Shown: in pieces, positions 59,306 to 64,000 of the stretch | How positions within the stretch are numbered: the stretch's first letter is position 1 | Layout of the letters: each line of letters starts with the position of its first letter | From: Negativicutes bacterium | GTDB lineage: Bacteria; Bacillota; Negativicutes; UBA1444 | Assembly (NCBI GenBank): GCA_963665275.2 | Contig: CAXXIN010000003.1 | Span: 1-64,000, forward strand | Direction: 5' to 3' | DNA: 64,000 bases | The notes under the pieces: model-generated | The model's database searches: none | Told to the model about the DNA's origin: nothing | The model's input: only the letters and a program-made list of their open reading frames with translations | Translations under genes and position numbers: made by a program

Positions 59306-59461
59306 TGTTTATTGCTCCTTTCGAAATCCTCAGCATCAACCATTGCCCAATCATCATCGACATCGTTTCCTTTGGATGATATCAGTTTAACACAACAGGA
59401 TTTGCATCATATAGCAGTTAAACGTTGCCGGGATTTAATCCATATCTATTGGCACGCAGCA

Positions 59462-59502
59462 AAAGGCTCCTCGGAGAAAATCCGAAGAGCCTTGATTTTT
59501 CT
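59462..59502. repeat. Palindrome family copy / terminator
   Basis: AAGGCTCCTCGGA-gaaaa-TCCGAAGAGCCTTGATTTTTCT, near-identical to the 47238 copy. Confidence 0.75.
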
Positions 59503-59525
59503 ACGTTAATAGTCAAATAGTCCAA

Positions 59526-59780
59526 TTATGCTTGCTGTCCGCTTCGTTGTTGAAAGACAGTAGCGATGAGGTTTTGACTGCTGTCGTAGACGGCATGAAT
59601 ATTGAAGTTATTTAATAGATTGCCAAAAGAAAACTCTTTAGGCGCTACATAGTAGCTCCTTGAATTGGGGCGACGCGACAATTCCAATATTTTCGGAGCT
59701 AATCTGCCCACTACCATTATTTCACGGGCACTTTCTCTGACTGCTTCCATCAGTTGTGAACTCGTCTTGACCACATACAT
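59526..59780 (-). CDS. Small hypothetical protein
   Basis: RBS AGAGGG; 84 aa. Confidence 0.6.
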   Translation of the reverse strand: MYVVKTSSQLMEAVRESAREIMVVGRLAPKILELSRRPNSRSYYVAPKEFSFGNLLNNFNIHAVYDSSQNLIATVFQQRSGQQA

Positions 59781-59973
59781 TTGCCAAACCCTCTTTCGTA
59801 AATCTTTGAACCATTATCTTGAACCGAAATCTCAGACTCAATTACCAATCCTGATTCAGGGGTAAAAACAGACAGGGCCTCCCTCAGCAAATGCCCGGAA
59901 GCCCCGTTTTAATGTTGGAGGTTTCTAGCCCCTGCAAAAAACAATCACCCTATTGATATATTACGCTCCATGG

Positions 59974-60402
59974 TTATTCGATGTTTATTGCATTTCCCTT
60001 TTCAGGTTTCGCCGCTTTGGGAACAGTAACAGTCAGCACTCCCTCATCGAATTTAGCTTTTGCCTTGCTGGAGTCCACCATCGCAGGCAAGGGTAAAGTC
60101 CGACAAAAACTTCCGTAGAAGCGCTCCGAAAAGAAATAGTCTTCTTTCTTGGTTTCCGTGCTGGACTTTGCTTCGCCTCGCACTGTAATTGTGTCTTCCG
60201 TAACCGTTACCTGAAGGTCTTCCTTCTTGACACCAGGAACATCCGCTTTCATTACAACTTCTTTGTCTGTTTGAATGATGTCAACCTTAGGTTCGCCGCC
60301 CTTAAACAGTACGGGTATATTGGGGAAATCAAGCAATCTGGGGAATTTCTCAAAATCTCGAACAATCTCATTCATTGGTTCCCACAGGCGAATGTTTGAC
60401 AT
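59974..60402 (-). CDS. Hsp20/alpha-crystallin small heat shock protein
   Basis: PKVDI, ADVPGV, ERFYGSF.R.LPLP, AKFDEGVLTVTVPK. Confidence 0.95.
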   Translation of the reverse strand: MSNIRLWEPMNEIVRDFEKFPRLLDFPNIPVLFKGGEPKVDIIQTDKEVVMKADVPGVKKEDLQVTVTEDTITVRGEAKSSTETKKEDYFFSERFYGSFCRTLPLPAMVDSSKAKAKFDEGVLTVTVPKAAKPEKGNAINIE

Positions 60403-60760
60403 ACATGTCCCTCCTTGCATTCTACTTAATATTTTTTAGCGTTATCATGTATCAATGTGCAAATTCTACCCCAAACTATTGATAACTGCATTATCACGTC
60501 CAAATAACAAAATTCTCATAAACAGAGTAAAAATTATACACTCTGTGCTTGAATTCATTGATGGATTCCTTCAGGGCAACCGCAATCTTACTCATTCACC
60601 GATTCCAGCCCCAATCAGAAAATCTGCCGAATATTTGTTATTCCTCTGTCGAAAAAGATATATCGCCATAAACTTGTCATAAACTCGACATACTATCTAC
60701 ACAATTAAATGTTATCGTTTAGATAGAGTCAAACTCATTATTAAAGGAGATGAACAACTT

Positions 60761-60940
60761 ATGTATCCTGGACGATCTGGCATCGGAATCGTTTTTGTGG
60801 TTTTCCACCTGCTAACTGCTGGAGCTTTTCTGTACTTCATGTACTGCATCTCAAAATCATTAAAAAAGATCGCGAAAAGTTTAGAAAAAAAAGTCCCTCC
60901 GACAATCGAAGGGAATCCGCCAAAGCAGATTATAGAGTAG
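60761..60940 (+). CDS. 59-aa single-TM small protein (below the ORF-track cutoff)
   Basis: RBS AAAGGAG; MYPGRSGIGIVFVVFHLLTAGAFLYFMYCISKSLKKIAKSLEKK...; terminator TGAGCC-gcaa-GGCTCA-T tract follows. Confidence 0.7.
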   Translation: MYPGRSGIGIVFVVFHLLTAGAFLYFMYCISKSLKKIAKSLEKKVPPTIEGNPPKQIIE

Positions 60941-61080
60941 TATGATACCAACTTGAGCCGCAAGGCTCATTTTTTTATATTATATTGTTATTCAATCATC
61001 CATATCCTTCCTTTGCATTCTCTATGAACGCTTCTATTCGACGAAAGAAAGGATTCAGCTGAAAAATTACAGGATATTGC

Positions 61081-61112
61081 TTGACTATAACATAAGTGTC
61101 ATACTTTAAAAT
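61081..61112 (+). promoter_or_regulatory. MerR-type long-spacer promoter with dyad
   Basis: TTGACT-N20-TAAAAT containing ACTATAACA-taag-TGTCATACT. Confidence 0.7.
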
Positions 61113-61143
61113 AAAATCATGATCGGCTGGAGGAACACCCATT

Positions 61144-61530
61144 ATGCTAATTAAAGAGTTGTCATGTAAAACAGGTGCCAGTATTCGCTCCATAAGACAC
61201 TATGAATCAAGAGGGTTGATCAACTCAGAACGATCGCCGAATGGTTACCGAAATTATGAAAACGATGCAATTACCAGAGTGAAAACAATTCAACTGTACC
61301 TAAGCTTAGGACTCAACACAGCAGCTATAGGGAAAATCATTGACTGCCCCATTCTTCCACACAATAATCACCCAATATGCCAGGAAGCCTATATACTCTA
61401 TAAAACAAAATATGCACAAGTGAAAGCGCAGATACAAATATTGCAACAGATTCAATCGCATCTTGAAAGCAAAATGAAAGAGTTTGAACAGTCCACTGCG
61501 GAAACTTCAAATAATGAAATGAGGCGATAA
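61144..61530 (+). CDS. MerR family transcriptional regulator
   Basis: IKELS..TGASIRSIRHYE..GLI...R..NGYR.Y. Confidence 0.92.
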   Translation: MLIKELSCKTGASIRSIRHYESRGLINSERSPNGYRNYENDAITRVKTIQLYLSLGLNTAAIGKIIDCPILPHNNHPICQEAYILYKTKYAQVKAQIQILQQIQSHLESKMKEFEQSTAETSNNEMRR

Positions 61531-61531
61531 T

Positions 61532-62317
61532 ATGATTATTGACAGCCACGCGCACGTTATGCTGCCCCCCGAAAAACAAATCCAGGGGATGGATAAAGCT
61601 AACGTCGATTTGACCGTTCTTTTCACATCCACTATTCATCCTGAGATTGCAAATAATCTTTCCGAATTGGAAAAAGAGATGAATACTCTATATGACATAT
61701 TGAATGGAACCAAAAACCCTCTAACGGAACGAATTCATGCCATCGAACAGCTCGTTGCAGTTATAAAAGCTGCCCCTGAAAGATATATCGGCTTTGGTTC
61801 CATTCCCTTTGGCTTATCCTATAATGAAAATCTAACTTGGATTGAGAAATACATCCTGGCGAATGACTTTCGGGGAATTGGCGAACTAGCACCTCAATCT
61901 GGGCAAATACCGCAGATGGAAGACCTCTTTCGCGCATCGCAAGAAGCAGGCGGATTGCCCCTATGGGTACATGCGTTTTTTCCGTTGAATTTTGGTGACA
62001 TAAAGGACTTGCTGAATTTAGCTAAACGCTATCCCTCTGTGCCAACAATCATTGGACATTTAGGGGGTATGCATTGGTTAGCAACGTTACAAGAAATTTA
62101 TGCGATTCCCAATATCTATCTGGACTTATCCGCTACTTTTACAACAATGGCGCCGACTTATGCCATCAAAGAATTCCCCACGAGAAGTTTATTCAGCTCG
62201 GATGCTCCCTATTCATCACCATTAGTCGCAAGGTTAGTTCTCGAACAGCTTATTGACGATCCAGGTGTTTTGAGCCAAGTGCTTGGCGGAAATATAGCTG
62301 AACTATTAAAGTTATAA
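61532..62317 (+). CDS. Amidohydrolase_2 family metal-dependent hydrolase
   Basis: IIDSHAH, GIGE, WVH, IGHLGG, LFSSDAP. Confidence 0.88.
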   Translation: MIIDSHAHVMLPPEKQIQGMDKANVDLTVLFTSTIHPEIANNLSELEKEMNTLYDILNGTKNPLTERIHAIEQLVAVIKAAPERYIGFGSIPFGLSYNENLTWIEKYILANDFRGIGELAPQSGQIPQMEDLFRASQEAGGLPLWVHAFFPLNFGDIKDLLNLAKRYPSVPTIIGHLGGMHWLATLQEIYAIPNIYLDLSATFTTMAPTYAIKEFPTRSLFSSDAPYSSPLVARLVLEQLIDDPGVLSQVLGGNIAELLKL

Positions 62318-62494
62318 CAGTCCAGTTACACCAAACACCAGCAGCTTATCCTTCTCACGCGTCGGCACTCAGACTGCTGTAATTTTTTAAATCGATTATC
62401 AAATCATCGAAATTCAATCACCCAATACAAGAGGCTTCCAACTATGAATGGCTGGAAGCCTCTGACTTTGATTATATGTTTTTATGACGTCACT

Positions 62495-62923
62495 TTATTT
62501 TTTGCGTGTCACAATCGCTGCCGCAACAACGGAGTCTTTGTCACCCACATGTCGGTAAATACAGGTCATTTTATTGTTGTTGACAATAGTTCCGTCTGTG
62601 AATCCATCTTGATCGACAAGATAGAAAGATTTGTTGTCCCACCCAATAACTCCCGCCAAGTTTTCAGTTGCGTTCTTGGACGTGAAGGTTCCATAGAAGA
62701 CTCTGCCTTCTTGCTTGGTCACAATGAGTTCTGCAGTTATGGAGTTGGCGCCTTCTCGGAAGTGAGTCCAAGTTCCAGGCGCTTCCCCTTTGCTTACAAA
62801 TGCTCCTTCAGATTGCACTGCCCATGTTCCGACGAGGTTAGGAATGTCCGATTCAGCAAAACAGACGCCTGTACTAAGTAGAATCACCAATAGAAGCACA
62901 CCGAAAATCCTTTTCACAGTCAA
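62495..62923 (-). CDS. Exported hypothetical protein
   Basis: RBS GGAGGG; signal peptide CFA; PNLVGTW beta-barrel-like start. Confidence 0.7.
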   Translation of the reverse strand: MTVKRIFGVLLLVILLSTGVCFAESDIPNLVGTWAVQSEGAFVSKGEAPGTWTHFREGANSITAELIVTKQEGRVFYGTFTSKNATENLAGVIGWDNKSFYLVDQDGFTDGTIVNNNKMTCIYRHVGDKDSVVAAAIVTRKK

Positions 62924-63014
62924 TTCCCTCCTACATTATTGATTTATGCCTCAGCCCTGTTGCTAACAAATTACTCTTTCATCTCAATCTTATGAAAAAG
63001 CACATTGTTTACAG

Positions 63015-63473
63015 TCAATCCAAAGCCAATCCCCTAGGTTTCGTAACCATTCTGTTATTGTCCTTTAGCATATTTCTCTGCGCGTTTAATGACGTCACCA
63101 ATAACCCCTTCTCCAGCATAGATGATAATTGATCTTGGTTCATTTCCAGCATCTTCGTGTGAATTGATAGTATCAGTTGTTCCTTCGTTTCCTGCGTCGT
63201 CTGGGTTTTTAGAAAACTTTGAGCCGTTGTCTTCATTTGGTCCGGAGTCATCACCATCAGCAGTTGATCTATTGATCTAATATACATCATTAGAATCATC
63301 TGGTCTTTGAAAGCTGTTGTTATTTCAGCTTCATTGGTAAGCATCTGTTCTCCCTTGATCAAATCGTTCATTGTTTTATCACCGCGTGAAACGACAATAG
63401 AAGAAGCAAATACCGTGCTCAAACTTGTCACCACCATCAGACAAACAAGAATAACTGTGAGTCGCTTTAACAT
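63015..63473 (-). CDS. Exported hypothetical helical protein
   Basis: RBS GGAGGAG; signal peptide VFA. Confidence 0.7.
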   Translation of the reverse strand: MLKRLTVILVCLMVVTSLSTVFASSIVVSRGDKTMNDLIKGEQMLTNEAEITTAFKDQMILMMYIRSIDQLLMVMTPDQMKTTAQSFLKTQTTQETKEQLILSIHTKMLEMNQDQLSSMLEKGLLVTSLNAQRNMLKDNNRMVTKPRGLALD

Positions 63474-63489
63474 TAATAACACTCCTCCG

Positions 63490-64000
63490 TTATAAATTCC
63501 CTCCGTTAGCATTCCAATCACTCATAAATGTTTTATATATCGAAGCCATAATGGGTTGCTCTTTAATGACGATCCCAGTTTCCCGATTTTTATCGAGCGA
63601 TGTGGTTGAAAAATTTATTGACCCAATATATGCTGCCGCTGTTGCAGGAACACGAATTGGATTATTATAATCGACCAGAATCATTTTTGCGTGTACATAA
63701 AGTTTGTTCGCAGCCTGAGAAGGCACTTCGATATAGCGTCCGCCTGCTTGTTTTATTTGATTCAACCCTGCCAAGTTTCCATCGGTACCATTTGATCCGG
63801 ACAGTTGGGGCGCAATAATGCGCACATCCAGCTTAGGATTTGCCTTTATGGCATTACAAATCACATTGATCATGGCTTGGTCTTCCACGAGTTCCTGATA
63901 AATGAATATGCTACTTTTAGCGCTTTGAATCAGAGCGCTAAGTTTCGTGCGGGAATTTCCCTGGTTATAATTACTCCAGGCTAATTCCGGGGTGGTTAAT
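63490..64000 (-). CDS. Phospholipase D-domain protein, 5' end outside the window
   Basis: HAKMILVD (HKD), GSINFS, NRETG; frame open to the window edge. Confidence 0.85.
   Translation of the reverse strand, partial: LTTPELAWSNYNQGNSRTKLSALIQSAKSSIFIYQELVEDQAMINVICNAIKANPKLDVRIIAPQLSGSNGTDGNLAGLNQIKQAGGRYIEVPSQAANKLYVHAKMILVDYNNPIRVPATAAAYIGSINFSTTSLDKNRETGIVIKEQPIMASIYKTFMSDWNANGGNL

Noticed and set aside
36381-59502. Palindromes as a CRISPR array
   Set aside because: Copies are kilobases apart and divergent, with no regular spacers and no cas genes
60436-60463. CIRCE element upstream of hsp20 (TTAGCGTTA...TGTGCAAA)
   Set aside because: Too many mismatches and wrong spacing relative to TTAGCACTC-N9-GAGTGCTAA
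36000-64000. Prophage, ICE or defence island
   Set aside because: No integrase, phage structural, conjugation or recognisable defence genes; the minus-strand bias is compatible with leading-strand orientation

Overview
About 60 genes from a Firmicutes-type chromosome; gene content suggests an anaerobic Negativicutes/Sporomusaceae-like organism (inference). 0-3 kb has three frameshift-riddled genes, probably consensus errors. 0.7-36 kb is metabolic: a LacI-regulated TctCBA transporter with a Gfo/Idh/MocA oxidoreductase and a DapA-family lyase, hemerythrin, a Na/K-ATPase-like P-type ATPase, a LonC protease, a ferritin-like/VIT1 protein, a zinc-ribbon protein, a PAS-PAS-PP2C phosphatase, threonine aldolase, an Opp-type ABC system with two M20 amidohydrolases, and a full citrate lyase locus (CitMHS, CcpC-like LysR, citDEF-citXG, inverted citC). 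36-64 kb is a more AT-rich accessory stretch of small, mostly minus-strand genes: two GGDEF proteins (one degenerate), orphan tadE/tadG, three STAS proteins (two downstream of a c-di-GMP-I riboswitch, one lacking the phospho-Ser), two paralogous Q/R/E/H/W-rich exported proteins with matching triple 11-bp-period promoter boxes, an orphan immunity-like gene, a Nif11-type peptide, an intact IS256 with 8-bp target duplication, an IS30 remnant and a dispersed GCTCYTCGGA-loop-TCCGARGAGC palindrome family. The strongest unexplained signals are 5'UTR/3'UTR long-range pairing around the zinc-ribbon gene, the co-regulated low-complexity proteins, the palindrome family and the c-di-GMP/STAS link. No rRNA, tRNA or CRISPR array was recognised. 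All calls are by eye; no database search was run.
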